DNA of 64,000 nucleotides, taken from IMG/VR virus record IMGVR_UViG_3300032073_005220, positions 1 through 64,000 of that record. One strand, given 5' to 3'. The position numbers and the translations under genes were made by a program. This document shows, in pieces, positions 1 to 10,100 of the stretch; position 1 is the stretch's first letter, and each line of letters opens with the position of its first letter. The DNA is from a virus. The notes below the pieces were generated by a model that saw only the letters and a program-made list of their open reading frames with translations, did not search any database and was not told where the DNA came from.

Positions 1-120
1 AACAATCAATAACAATGACTACTATTTTTGGCAAAGCCATAGAAGCAGTTGTTGCTTATGTTGTATTATTTTTTTTCAGGCCAGTATGGGACAGATTGGT
101 TAAATGGTGGAACAAAGACA

Positions 121-789
121 ATGACAAATAAACTCAATAACAATCATTATGCTACATTAGTAAATGCTGCTTCAGACGCAGAAAAAAATATAGCATACTG
201 CGCTAGAGTGTCTAACCCAAACAATCAAGATAATAAAAGTATTGCTGGATTACTTAATTATTGTATTAAACATAAGCACTGGTCTATATTTGAAATGTCC
301 TTTATGACCATTGAGATTAATACCAACAGAGGAATTGCTGCACAGATATTAAGACATAGAAGTTTTACCTTTCAAGAATTTAGCCAGAGGTATGCCGATA
401 CTAGCTTATTAGAAGACCAAATACCTATACCAGATTTAAGATCACAAGATAACAAAAACAGACAAAACAGTTTAGACGATCTTGACCAAGAAGTAAAAAA
501 CAAGTACAATCTACAAATGAGAGAACTCTTTGCTAAATCAAAGGCACTGTATGACACAATGTTGGCAGACGGCATTGCTAAAGAGTGTGCTAGGTTTGTA
601 TTACCCCTATCAACTCCTACGAGATTATATATGAGTGGTAGTATCCGTAGTTGGATTCATTATATAGAACTACGAAGCGCAAACGGCACTCAAAAAGAAC
701 ATCAAGACATAGCGTTAAGTTGTAAGCATATTTTTATAACGAGATTCCCTATTATATCTGAAGCATTAGGCTGGATTAATGCTGAATGA
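121..789 (+). CDS. thyX: Flavin-dependent thymidylate synthase
   Basis: ThyX signature RHRSFTFQEFSQRY, plus ARVS, HWSIFE and ARFVLP motifs; ATG 121 preferred over the TTG at 49. Confidence 0.95.
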   Translation: MTNKLNNNHYATLVNAASDAEKNIAYCARVSNPNNQDNKSIAGLLNYCIKHKHWSIFEMSFMTIEINTNRGIAAQILRHRSFTFQEFSQRYADTSLLEDQIPIPDLRSQDNKNRQNSLDDLDQEVKNKYNLQMRELFAKSKALYDTMLADGIAKECARFVLPLSTPTRLYMSGSIRSWIHYIELRSANGTQKEHQDIALSCKHIFITRFPIISEALGWINAE

Positions 790-1456
790 TCAATTTACAA
801 ACTTAGAAGTAGATCAATTCTGGTATTACTGGAATAGGAAGTATAATAAATCTGAATATTCATACGAAAATGTGATTATTGATGAAAGTTTACTAGAATA
901 TATAGAATCATTATATAATATTAGAACCTTTTTAGATCATGGTTGTGGTTATGGCAGAATTAGTAAAGTTATTTGTGATAAATTTCCAAATATAGATATT
1001 ACAGTTAATGATATTATACCCAAAGCTATAGAGAAAACTACACAATCATTACATCGAATAAAAAACTTACACAGTGTTATCGGAGCAATAAACAATGTTT
1101 CTGGAGAATACGATTGCATTATTTCTCATAGAGTAATTCACTCCTGTCCTGATTATGAAAATATATTCACAGAAATTTACAGACTGTTAAAAAAACAAAG
1201 TAGTTGTTTTATATCAGTTAGATCATTAGACGGAGAACCGAAAGAAGAACATAGACAATATTTTAATCGAATAAACAATATTATATTTAAAAAAACTAAA
1301 GGGAGATTCACTAAGTTTTTTAAAGCAGATGAGTTTAAAGAACTTATAACTAATAATGGATTATCAATCAAACATTTTGGTAGATTCTCAGAGTTGTCTG
1401 CCAAGAGTAAAACAGAAAATAGATACCTATATGCTATATGTGAGAAAGTAAAATGA
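779..1456 (+). CDS. Class I SAM-dependent methyltransferase
   Basis: LDHGCGYG motif I; YDCIISHRVIH motif. Confidence 0.8.
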   Translation: MLNDQFTNLEVDQFWYYWNRKYNKSEYSYENVIIDESLLEYIESLYNIRTFLDHGCGYGRISKVICDKFPNIDITVNDIIPKAIEKTTQSLHRIKNLHSVIGAINNVSGEYDCIISHRVIHSCPDYENIFTEIYRLLKKQSSCFISVRSLDGEPKEEHRQYFNRINNIIFKKTKGRFTKFFKADEFKELITNNGLSIKHFGRFSELSAKSKTENRYLYAICEKVK

Positions 1457-1977
1457 TAGAAGTTGTAATTACTCCAGAAATATTTGAGGAAGCAAAAGAG
1501 AGAAACGATAAATATTATGAAAGATTTGGTAATTCTGGAACTCACAGAACCAATAAAGACAGACAAAGAATGACAGGATATTTAGCAGAGGCTTGTGTGC
1601 ATTCTGCTTTCCCTGAAATTAAATATAGCGATAACTATTTGGTAGACTTTTTACTAGATGATAGCACAATAGACTCAAAAGCACAAGGCTGTAATAGCAA
1701 ACCCTTAGATTTTTACAGCGCAACACTTTATGAGGAACAGAAAAACAGAGATGCAGACTATTATATATTTAGTAGAGTTCAAAACGATTTTTCTAAGGCA
1801 TGGATATGTGGTATAGCTTCAAAGAAAAAATTTTTTCAAATAGCAACATTAAAACATGCTGGAACTAAAACTAACAATTTTACTTATGATCAAAGTAGAT
1901 ACGAAGTACAGTACAACCAATTAGGAGATATGTATAAATTCATTAAGTGGCACAATGAAACCACAAGTAAAATATAG
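1453..1977 (+). CDS. Hypothetical phage protein, possibly PD-(D/E)XK-like
   Basis: GYLAE...DF...IDSK...ADYYIF pattern; overlapping start/stop with neighbours. Confidence 0.45.
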   Translation: MIEVVITPEIFEEAKERNDKYYERFGNSGTHRTNKDRQRMTGYLAEACVHSAFPEIKYSDNYLVDFLLDDSTIDSKAQGCNSKPLDFYSATLYEEQKNRDADYYIFSRVQNDFSKAWICGIASKKKFFQIATLKHAGTKTNNFTYDQSRYEVQYNQLGDMYKFIKWHNETTSKI

Positions 1978-2644
1978 ATACTCTAATAATTTATTAGATA
2001 TTTCAAATATAAACAAAAAAATATTTTTTCATCAATCAATATATTGTTATGCTACTAAACTCGATTTTATTTTAAACGACGAAGGTATAATATGTATAGG
2101 ATTAAAACACGATTTTATTACTAAAGAATCCACAGTCAACAAACTAAGTGTTGTCATGGCAGGTTCTATAGTGGTTAGCTTGAGTGGTTATGTTACATAT
2201 ATAGACAATCAATCTGGAACTTATAAATTCAACAAAGAAAAACTTGAAAACTCTATTGATGCGATCCACAAAACTATTGATCTAAAACATTGTTTTATTT
2301 TTGCTATACAAGAAGATGATAAATCCAAACCTAATATCTACAATAAATATTTCTTAGATCGGGATTCCTCTAATTCTTTTCCAGCAGAACCTCTCAATAT
2401 AAAGCACAGTACATATAGGGGCGATACGACTGTACCAGAATATTTTAAATATATAATTTCTGGCGAAACAATAGCAAGAGATTCTTGGATTGTAGAAAAA
2501 AATAACTTTAATGCTAAAAAGTATATTAGATTAAATGAAGATATAAAGAAAAATCCCCACATATCGGACAATGAAGAGAAGGCTAAAAATCATTTTTTAA
2601 AATTCGGTCAATATGAAGAAGGAAGAATAATTGATTGTTTTTAA
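1955..2644 (+). CDS. Hypothetical protein with toxin-like N-domain (paralog of 58040) and C-terminal F..Y...D...H...G..EGR module
   Basis: DFILNDEGIICIGLKH...AG...YIDNQSGTY; C-terminal FNAKKYIRLNEDI...NHFLKFGQYEEGR. Confidence 0.45.
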   Translation: MKPQVKYRYSNNLLDISNINKKIFFHQSIYCYATKLDFILNDEGIICIGLKHDFITKESTVNKLSVVMAGSIVVSLSGYVTYIDNQSGTYKFNKEKLENSIDAIHKTIDLKHCFIFAIQEDDKSKPNIYNKYFLDRDSSNSFPAEPLNIKHSTYRGDTTVPEYFKYIISGETIARDSWIVEKNNFNAKKYIRLNEDIKKNPHISDNEEKAKNHFLKFGQYEEGRIIDCF

Positions 2645-2672
2645 ATTCGGTGTATTTTATTCAGAATGGGCC

Positions 2673-2711
2673 TAAAGTTTGCTTGACACCTATCCGATAT
2701 TATTATATAAT
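2673..2711 (+). promoter_or_regulatory. Composite promoter: TTGACA-N17-TATAAT with nested TAAAG...CCGATA
   Basis: TAAAG 2673, TTGACA 2683, CGATA 2695, TATAAT 2706. Confidence 0.85.
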
Positions 2712-2733
2712 CGGAAGGTAGGAGATATTTATT

Positions 2734-3657
2734 ATGCGTTTTGGGTTATGTTGTATATCACTAGATTTGCAAGAATTTGAGAAACCACTCAAGTTTCAAA
2801 CTATGACATTTAAACGATTTAGCCAGCTAGATCGTGCGGACGCTTTATTAACTTTAGGCGACAGAATACTAAATAACATGGAGGTTACTAATGCTACCAT
2901 TCTGCACTGTGCAGAACACGATTATTGCTATAGGATCAGCAGTAATCTTTTTCCTCTTATTACCTATCGTGCTGCTAATATTACTCTCCGCGATCTTCCT
3001 CAATACTCTAGCATCTTACGCGAAATAGATAATATTGCATATACCATACAGCAAAACAATGTTCGTATCAGTTGTCATCCTAGCGAATTTAATGTTTTAG
3101 CCTCATCTAACACAGATGCAGTAGACAGAACAGTGACAGAATTAAATTTTTACAGTAATTTCCTTGACATGATAGGTTGTTCAGCAGACTATAATTCGCC
3201 TATGAATCTGCATATCAACAATCGGCAAGGAAGTAATGATGAGATTACACAAAGATTTATACACAATTATAATAGACTTGACAGTAATTGTCGTAACCGT
3301 ATTGTTATTGAAAACGACGATAAACCTAATTGCTGGTCTGTAAAACAACTTGTACAAGATTTTCATCCCAAAACAAATATCCCAATAACCTTCGACTATT
3401 TACATCAGGCTTGTCATCCAGACGGTTGGACAGAACAACAGGCACTAGAAGAATGTTATATGACATGGGGAGAGCATCGACCTTTATTTCATTACAGTGA
3501 AAGTTGTCGTGATCCCGACAACACGAATCCAAGAAAACACGCAGATTATGCAGAAAATACTTTCAGTACATACGGACTTGATTTTGACTTAGATATGGAA
3601 CTTAAAATGAAAGACAAAGCAATATCTAAATATTATGAAGGGATGCTTGTGGCATGA
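2734..3657 (+). CDS. uvsE: UV DNA damage endonuclease (UvsE/UvdE)
   Basis: MRFGLCC, YRISSNLFP, RISCHPSEFNVLAS, IENDD, FDYLH, HYSE, HADY and ELKMKD motifs. Confidence 0.93.
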   Translation: MRFGLCCISLDLQEFEKPLKFQTMTFKRFSQLDRADALLTLGDRILNNMEVTNATILHCAEHDYCYRISSNLFPLITYRAANITLRDLPQYSSILREIDNIAYTIQQNNVRISCHPSEFNVLASSNTDAVDRTVTELNFYSNFLDMIGCSADYNSPMNLHINNRQGSNDEITQRFIHNYNRLDSNCRNRIVIENDDKPNCWSVKQLVQDFHPKTNIPITFDYLHQACHPDGWTEQQALEECYMTWGEHRPLFHYSESCRDPDNTNPRKHADYAENTFSTYGLDFDLDMELKMKDKAISKYYEGMLVA

Positions 3658-3800
3658 GTGGGTGGTTAATTGTTTTAACTGGATTAATTTATCTGTATGT
3701 TAGTTTAGAACAAATGTATAAAGGCAATCTTGGTATGGGTATAGCTTATTTGGGATATAGCTTTTCAAATATTGGTTTATATTTATTAGCATCTAAATAG
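3654..3800 (+). CDS. Small membrane protein (48 aa)
   Basis: Not in ORF track; MSGWLIVLTGLIYLYVSLEQMYKGNLGMGIAYLGYSFSNIGLYLLASK; ATGA overlap with uvsE stop. Confidence 0.7.
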   Translation: MSGWLIVLTGLIYLYVSLEQMYKGNLGMGIAYLGYSFSNIGLYLLASK

Positions 3801-3811
3801 GAGATTATGAA

Positions 3812-4117
3812 ATGAAAGAACCCAAAAAAATACCTCTCGATCCTGAGACTCCTCAAGCAGCAAGTGTAGAAAAAATTCCTATGCCTTCAATCTATCCAGA
3901 AGCAATGTCTAATGATGTATATTCTGCAAAAAAAGATGAGGAAGTTAAAAAGTATCCTCTGAACGACAGTGTTGAAAAAGAATTGCATAACTTAATAGAA
4001 GATTCAAAACAGTATCTATCAAAAAAAGAGGCAACTCTTAATTTTATAGAAAAAGTTAAACAAAGCAAAAAAAAATATAACGAAAGATTAGAAAAAGGAA
4101 ATAAAGATTCTACTTGA
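3812..4117 (+). CDS. Hypothetical protein
   Basis: ORF with GGAG RBS upstream. Confidence 0.55.
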   Translation: MKEPKKIPLDPETPQAASVEKIPMPSIYPEAMSNDVYSAKKDEEVKKYPLNDSVEKELHNLIEDSKQYLSKKEATLNFIEKVKQSKKKYNERLEKGNKDST

Positions 4118-4141
4118 CAATGCCGATAGATATGGTATACT
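4102..4141 (+). promoter_or_regulatory. Composite promoter: TTGACA-N16-TATACT with nested TAAAG...GCCGATAG
   Basis: TAAAG 4102, TTGACA 4114, CGATA 4124, TATACT 4136. Confidence 0.8.
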
Positions 4142-4176
4142 GGTAGTATCAGTTTAATTTCACAGGAGAATTGATT

Positions 4177-4611
4177 ATGCCCAAAGGGAAAAAGACTTGC
4201 GAGAAGTGTGGACATGAATGTGGGCCAAGAGCATATATGTGTCCAGAGTGCCAACATCCTTTTATGTTTGCTGTTCAAAGCAAAGAAAAGAAAACCACTC
4301 GAATGATTAGGAAGTTCGATTGGAGAGAATTACAAAAAGGAGATAGAATTAAAGCTACCGGAGGCCCATACTCAGTAGTAGACGGCGAATATATTCCTAT
4401 GGGATGTAGAGGTAAGTTTACTGTGCTGGGTCTTGATAAGAATGGTATTATAGCTTATGGAGTAAAAGAAGGAGGCTTCTGTCATATCTGGATGGGTGAA
4501 GACGATATTTCTCCACTAACAAGGGTTCATAGAACCAAACACAGACTTGCTAAACTGCAACCAAAAGAACCTAAGAAAAACAAAAAAACTAAGACGTTGA
4601 GTATGGTGTAA
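4177..4611 (+). CDS. Zinc-ribbon protein
   Basis: CEKCG...CPECQ; basic C-terminus; AGGAG RBS. Confidence 0.65.
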   Translation: MPKGKKTCEKCGHECGPRAYMCPECQHPFMFAVQSKEKKTTRMIRKFDWRELQKGDRIKATGGPYSVVDGEYIPMGCRGKFTVLGLDKNGIIAYGVKEGGFCHIWMGEDDISPLTRVHRTKHRLAKLQPKEPKKNKKTKTLSMV

Positions 4612-4652
4612 TTATTGATACACTTATACAACATCAATATATTAAAAAGACA

Positions 4653-5021
4653 ATGAGCGAATATAGTATAACAGAGTTAGCTAATTTTGCAGAGACAGTA
4701 AGAGATTCTGCTGCTTCTAATTTGTCTGGAGGTCAATACGATACTAGGATTATAGATACTTTTATTACCATAGAACAAGTAATCAGTATAGTTAAAAAAG
4801 AAAGCCTTGGGCTTGATAATGATGGTAAGTTTATAGTTAATGGTACAATATTTGATGATGTATTTGAACAAGTCACTTCTATTATATATCAAGCAGCACT
4901 GTCTAAAGTTGCATCGCAAGATTTAATAGAGTGTGCTTGGGATGACGAAAAAAATAAAATGATTTTCTGGGTAGAAGATAATTCAAAACATAAAAAAAAT
5001 ATTGACCCCAACCCGTTTTGA
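4653..5021 (+). CDS. Hypothetical protein (paralog of 28245)
   Basis: C-terminal LIECAWDDEKNKMIFWV resembles LVESAFDEDKNDFVFWI. Confidence 0.6.
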   Translation: MSEYSITELANFAETVRDSAASNLSGGQYDTRIIDTFITIEQVISIVKKESLGLDNDGKFIVNGTIFDDVFEQVTSIIYQAALSKVASQDLIECAWDDEKNKMIFWVEDNSKHKKNIDPNPF

Positions 5022-5115
5022 TATTATTATAAATTAAATGTTGATAAGATTTTTGTAAGTGGCGACAAAATTCTTAACTTAGATTTAAAGGACAGTCACA
5101 AAAAAGGTAGATATA

Positions 5116-5337
5116 ATGACTAAGCAAGATCGTGTAATGAATTATCTTAGAAGAGGCCGTACTCTTAGCCAAGATAGTGCTTCTACTATGTTTTCTGTAG
5201 GTAATCTCAGGGCGACTATTAGCGATATTAAACCAGCTTTAAAATCAGAAGGTTTCGCTGTTGTTCGTACAACTGGAAGATATGGAGAAACCAGATATGG
5301 AGCCACAGCAATCAAGAAAAGGAAGTGCAAGAGATAA
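5116..5337 (+). CDS. Small winged-HTH DNA-binding protein
   Basis: TKQDRVMNYLRRGRTLS...FSVGNLRATISDIK; basic. Confidence 0.6.
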   Translation: MTKQDRVMNYLRRGRTLSQDSASTMFSVGNLRATISDIKPALKSEGFAVVRTTGRYGETRYGATAIKKRKCKR

Positions 5338-5457
5338 TAGAAACTAATTTTATAGCGGCCCAGTAAAGGCCAAAGGGTATATCTTATATATAAAATAGAC
5401 TTAGATAGTTAGGCTTGCTATCCCGCTATTGTTTTTATAATATTTGAAAGCGTAATT

Positions 5458-5673
5458 ATGATCCAATTACAATTATTCGACTATGACAATAAAGACATTC
5501 CACATAAACCAAAACATTGTGAATGTTGTAATAAAATTCCAGATCAGTGGATCGCCCATTATTCCCACAAGAATAAGTTCAAAGGTTGGATTTGCAATAA
5601 CTGCAAAAAAGCATGTGATTTTGTAAATAATTCTTATGACGATGCTGTAAAATTATTCAATTACCTGTATTAA
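5458..5673 (+). CDS. Small Cys-rich protein resembling an endonuclease VII-like zinc domain
   Basis: CECC...HYSHKNKFKGWICNNC. Confidence 0.4.
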   Translation: MIQLQLFDYDNKDIPHKPKHCECCNKIPDQWIAHYSHKNKFKGWICNNCKKACDFVNNSYDDAVKLFNYLY

Positions 5674-5684
5674 AATAAAAAATA

Positions 5685-5858
5685 ATGGACAAAATACATC
5701 CAGCTACTTATATACTGTGGCTTTTGCTCATGGCAAGTATAGCGACAAACTTTGTTCAAAGTTCTCAAATAATTAGACTTGAAAAAGAAATAGCGCCTGT
5801 TATAATTAGACAGAATATAGAATTTTTCGATCAAGCACCGGATGAACGTGTAATATAA
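5685..5858 (+). CDS. Small membrane or secreted protein (57 aa)
   Basis: Not in ORF track; MDKIHPATYILWLLLMASIATNF..., ends just before tmRNA. Confidence 0.5.
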   Translation: MDKIHPATYILWLLLMASIATNFVQSSQIIRLEKEIAPVIIRQNIEFFDQAPDERVI

Positions 5859-5861
5859 AAA

Positions 5862-6202
5862 GGGGGCGTACTGGTATCGACAGATAAATAGAAGTATAGA
5901 TCGCATCGACTGGTTGATCTAAAGGCCAGTGTAAAAATAGATCACATTTTAATTGCCGATACTTCTGTATTAGCACTCGCCGCTTAGGTGAGAGGGGTTA
6001 CATAAACCTTTTTACCCAATTATGTTGACTCCGATAATCGGATAGGGATGTTCCACCTAAAGTAAATGGATACAATAAGTGTAATCACTTTGACGCAGGA
6101 AAGACTGATAGTTTTGTCTGTAGTATTAATAACAACAGACTAACGATGTAGAAGTTTATGTGGAATTTATACTGGACAGGGGTTCGACTCCCCTCGCCTC
6201 CA
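5862..6202 (+). ncRNA. ssrA: tmRNA, tag (A)ADTSVLALAA
   Basis: 5' GGGGGCG pairs with 3' CGCCTCC-A including G3:U wobble; T-arm AGGGG-TTCGACT-CCCCT; tag reading frame 5955-5987 ending LAA-stop; CCA not encoded. Confidence 0.95.
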
Positions 6203-6227
6203 CTTTGTACCTTTAAATTATTGAATT

Positions 6228-8099
6228 ATGTGCGGAATACTTGCAACAAATTTTGGTAGTCTCTATCACAATATAGAGTGTTTAAGAGAACTAGAATATC
6301 GAGGCTATGATAGTACCGGATTTGTTTATGTTACAAAAATGGGGAAGGTAGGCATATATAAATCTGCTGGTAATATTAATAAACTTTTACTAACTTGCAG
6401 AGAAGATGATGTAGAAGTTGCAGCATTTATGGGACACACTAGATGGGCAACGCACGGCAAAGCTACTGATAACAATGCTCATCCTCATTTTGATATATCT
6501 GGCAGATATGCTATAGTTCAAAATGGTATAGTAGAAAACCTTAGAGATTTAAAAGAGAGATATGATCTGCAAGATAAACTAAAAAGTGATACCGACACTG
6601 AAATTATAATCAATATTGTTGCAGACAAATGTAAAGAACTCTGTTTACTGGACGCAATAGAATCGACATTTAAAGAAATCAATGGAGCAAATGCTTGCAT
6701 CATTCTAGACACACAAGAACCATCAGAATTTTATATGATTGAAAAAGGTGCTTCACTAAATATTCATGTTAATGAGATAGATGAGGGAAATCCTACTGGA
6801 ATAATTGTTTCTAGTAACTATATTAAAAATAAAAATATATGTCTAAATGGTTACGGTTTGGGCATAGGCTCTGACGACAAGATTCTTAAAATACGCAATG
6901 ACATTAATAGACATCATAAAGTATCGAGGACATTAAAAAACAATGACATATACGAAGCACCAGATAAAGGTTTCTTCGGATCGTATATGGACAAAGAAAT
7001 ACACGAACAACATACGACATTCAATAGGTTGTTAAGGGGTAGAATTAAAAACAACAAAGTATTTCTAGGAGGATTAGAAACAGAATTTAAAAATAGAGAC
7101 TGGAATAATATAAATCTAATTACTATGTTGGCTTGTGGAAGTAGTTTAAATGCTTCGAGAATAGGACAATTATATGTAGAACAATTTAGTAGAACCAGAG
7201 TATATGTAGAACAAGCAGCAGAATTTAGATATAGAAATCCTGTTTTAGAAAAAGAGTATGATTATGATACTCACAGTTCAATAGACAATGGATTAAAAGA
7301 ATTGTTCTTATTTACATCTCAATCCGGTGAAACAGCCGACACATTACAGGCATTAAAATATGTATCTGAAAATGGTTATGGCTGTAATACAATAGCGGTA
7401 TGTAATGTTGTAGGATCAGCAATAGCAGATAAATCATGGTGCGGTATTTATACTAGGGCAGGACTAGAAGTAGGAGTAGCGAGTACAAAAACATATACAA
7501 ATCAAGTTGGTGCTATGTATTTGTTAGGTTTATTTATTGCACAAAATAAAGGGGCTAGAATTGACGAACATATTCAAGAATTAGAATCTATACCAGATAA
7601 GATACAGAAGATATTAGAAGACACACAACTCTTAGACCAAATTTGGAAAGCGTGTGAATGGATAACAGATAAAGAAAGCTGTTTATTCTTAGGTAGGGGC
7701 TACAACTATCCTACAGCACTTGAAGGCGCATTAAAAATGAAAGAGTTGTCGTATATTCATGCAGAAGGCTACTCTGCTGCTGAAATGAAACACGGGCCTA
7801 TTGCGTTAATTAGTAACAAAGTACCCACTATTGCATTTGCTAACCATGATGAACAATTTGAAAAAATAGAAAGTAATATTAGAGAAATAACAGCGAGAGA
7901 TGGTAAGGTATTATTAATAACAGATAAAAGAATGGATATTGACGACATAGAACAAATAGTAATACCAGAATGTAGTCGAGAGGCTAGTCCTATACTATTA
8001 AATATTGTATCTCAACTACTATCATTAACAACTGCTAAGTTATTAGGTAGAGACGTAGACCGTCCAAGGAACTTAGCAAAAAGCGTTACTGTAGAATAA
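6228..8099 (+). CDS. glmS: Glutamine--fructose-6-phosphate aminotransferase
   Basis: MCGI, LEYRGYDS, GHTRWATHG, SQSGETADT, KHGPIALI, PRNLAKSVTVE. Confidence 0.97.
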   Translation: MCGILATNFGSLYHNIECLRELEYRGYDSTGFVYVTKMGKVGIYKSAGNINKLLLTCREDDVEVAAFMGHTRWATHGKATDNNAHPHFDISGRYAIVQNGIVENLRDLKERYDLQDKLKSDTDTEIIINIVADKCKELCLLDAIESTFKEINGANACIILDTQEPSEFYMIEKGASLNIHVNEIDEGNPTGIIVSSNYIKNKNICLNGYGLGIGSDDKILKIRNDINRHHKVSRTLKNNDIYEAPDKGFFGSYMDKEIHEQHTTFNRLLRGRIKNNKVFLGGLETEFKNRDWNNINLITMLACGSSLNASRIGQLYVEQFSRTRVYVEQAAEFRYRNPVLEKEYDYDTHSSIDNGLKELFLFTSQSGETADTLQALKYVSENGYGCNTIAVCNVVGSAIADKSWCGIYTRAGLEVGVASTKTYTNQVGAMYLLGLFIAQNKGARIDEHIQELESIPDKIQKILEDTQLLDQIWKACEWITDKESCLFLGRGYNYPTALEGALKMKELSYIHAEGYSAAEMKHGPIALISNKVPTIAFANHDEQFEKIESNIREITARDGKVLLITDKRMDIDDIEQIVIPECSREASPILLNIVSQLLSLTTAKLLGRDVDRPRNLAKSVTVE

Positions 8100-8380
8100 T
8101 GAAAATTAAAGTAATCCTAATATCGTTCTTATTGCTTTTAAACGGTATCGAAACAATTCGGCATAATCAGATACTCAGGTTTTTAATAGATGGTAGACCT
8201 AAGAGTATCATATATTTTCATTCCACATTTATGTTTACTCATATTGAAATTGAAGTAATCGAACCAGAGATAAGAAAAGATTGTGCCGCTTTTCAATCTA
8301 TTAACATATATTTTTTTTCTGATAATTTTCATTTACATCATACAATTCATTGGAGATATATTAAATTTGTAGAAACATAA
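8099..8380 (+). CDS. Hypothetical protein with N-terminal hydrophobic segment
   Basis: ORF coupled to glmS stop. Confidence 0.4.
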   Translation: MKIKVILISFLLLLNGIETIRHNQILRFLIDGRPKSIIYFHSTFMFTHIEIEVIEPEIRKDCAAFQSINIYFFSDNFHLHHTIHWRYIKFVET

Positions 8381-8428
8381 GGTGTATATTATAGTGTTGA
8401 GAAAATTATAACACTATTGGAGTTACCT

Positions 8429-8710
8429 ATGTTTAAAAAATCTAAAAGGCATTTAGCCGACAACAACATGGGATATTTAGAGCATTTTGTTTTTGCTTCT
8501 GGACATGGATTAAATTGTATTAAATCTGGATTTCTTTTAATAATACATGCTTTGATACCGGGCATTTTATCAGAAACAGGTTCTAGAATTACAAATGAAT
8601 TAAATAAAGTTTTTACAGACCAGAATGAATACCTGTCTCTTAAAACTAGAGTGGAAGCATTTAAAAAGATAGTATACCATTATCAATCAAAGTTAGCAGA
8701 CAAGAACTAA
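8429..8710 (+). CDS. DUF6356-like small protein
   Basis: HL...MGYLEHF.FA...IIHALIP...TGS pattern. Confidence 0.6.
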   Translation: MFKKSKRHLADNNMGYLEHFVFASGHGLNCIKSGFLLIIHALIPGILSETGSRITNELNKVFTDQNEYLSLKTRVEAFKKIVYHYQSKLADKN

Positions 8711-8743
8711 AGACTTGACTTTGCATTGACGATACTGTATACT
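8708..8743 (+). promoter_or_regulatory. Composite promoter: TTGACT-N17-TATACT with nested TAAAG...GACGATAC
   Basis: TAAAG 8708, TTGACT 8715, CGATA 8730, TATACT 8738. Confidence 0.8.
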
Positions 8744-8780
8744 ATACGGACAGGACTACACAAGGACTCAGGATATTATA

Positions 8781-10100
8781 ATGAACAGCACAGAATATGT
8801 TATGGCTATGGTTAATGAACTGCGTAACAACAGCGGAACAAATGCCAAACAAGAAATTATCTCTAAGTATTGTAAAGCAGGCAAAGACGAGGATAATGGA
8901 GATCAACTTCATGCTAGAAATGTATTAAATCTAGCACACAATGACTATCTTATGTATGGTTTAACAAGTGGTCAGGTTAAGAAGCGATCAGACTTATCCT
9001 TCGGAGATTGTGAACCGGGATATGGCTTGTGTCAACTGTTTAATGATTTAACGCTTCGTAGATACACAGGGCATGATGCTATTAGAATTGTTAATACTTA
9101 TATCAATAAGTTTCCTGAACAAGAAGAACTTGTCTATTGTATTCTGGACAAAGACCTAAAGACTAAGGTTGGCGTTAAACTTATTAATAAAGTTATCCCT
9201 GATTTTATTCCAGAGTTCAGTGTCGCTCTTGCAGAAAAATATCAACCTAAATTAGTGGAGTGGGAAGATGAGTGGTTTGTATCTCGTAAACTTGATGGGG
9301 TTAGATGTTTGGCTATTGTCGATCATTTTGGCAATACTACTTTCTACTCCCGAACGGGCAAAGAATTTACTACCTTGGGTGTTGTTGCCGATGGGATTGC
9401 AAGTCTTGGTTTATCTAATGTTGTGTTTGACGGGGAACTCTGTTTAATTGACGAAGATGGCAACGAAGACTTCCAAGGTATTATGAAACAACTTCGTAAG
9501 AAAGAACATACTATTGAAAATCCTTCTTATAAAATCTTTGATATGATGACGCAAGACGAGTTTAAAGCAAAGAAAAGTGATGACAATCTTTATCAAAGAT
9601 ATAAAGAACTATTGTTTACTATGGAAGATAACGAATGCCCTTGTCTATCTGTATTAGAAATGGAGATAGTAAATGACGACGAACATTTCCAAAAGTGGGT
9701 ATCTAAAGCAGATGACGATAATTGGGAAGGTGTTATGCTTCGTAAAAATGTACAATACAAAGGTAAACGTAGTAAAGATTTGTTAAAAGTAAAGACATTC
9801 CACGATGCAGAATATCAGGTGATAGATACAGAGATGGGAATGTTTCCCTTGACATTAGATGGTAAAGAATGTGAAGAGGAAATGTTGTCCTGTGTTTACA
9901 TTAAACATAAAGATCACCTTGTCAGAGTTGGTAGTGGATTTAGTATAGAGCAGAGACAATACTTTTATAAAAACCCTGATGCTATCTTAGGCAAGATTAT
10001 AACCGTACAATATTTTGAAGAGACTAAGAATCAGGAGGGAGGTATCAGTCTTAGATTTCCAACATTTAAAGTATTGCATGGTGAAATGAGAAGTGTATAA
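8781..10100 (+). CDS. lig: ATP-dependent DNA ligase
   Basis: KLDGVR adenylation motif, FDGEL, EGVMLR, LLKVK, VGSGF, LRFPTF. Confidence 0.95.
   Translation: MNSTEYVMAMVNELRNNSGTNAKQEIISKYCKAGKDEDNGDQLHARNVLNLAHNDYLMYGLTSGQVKKRSDLSFGDCEPGYGLCQLFNDLTLRRYTGHDAIRIVNTYINKFPEQEELVYCILDKDLKTKVGVKLINKVIPDFIPEFSVALAEKYQPKLVEWEDEWFVSRKLDGVRCLAIVDHFGNTTFYSRTGKEFTTLGVVADGIASLGLSNVVFDGELCLIDEDGNEDFQGIMKQLRKKEHTIENPSYKIFDMMTQDEFKAKKSDDNLYQRYKELLFTMEDNECPCLSVLEMEIVNDDEHFQKWVSKADDDNWEGVMLRKNVQYKGKRSKDLLKVKTFHDAEYQVIDTEMGMFPLTLDGKECEEEMLSCVYIKHKDHLVRVGSGFSIEQRQYFYKNPDAILGKIITVQYFEETKNQEGGISLRFPTFKVLHGEMRSV

Noticed and set aside
5670-5906. Minus-strand 78-aa ORF
   Set aside because: It overlaps the tmRNA 5' end and a more plausible + strand small ORF (5685-5858)
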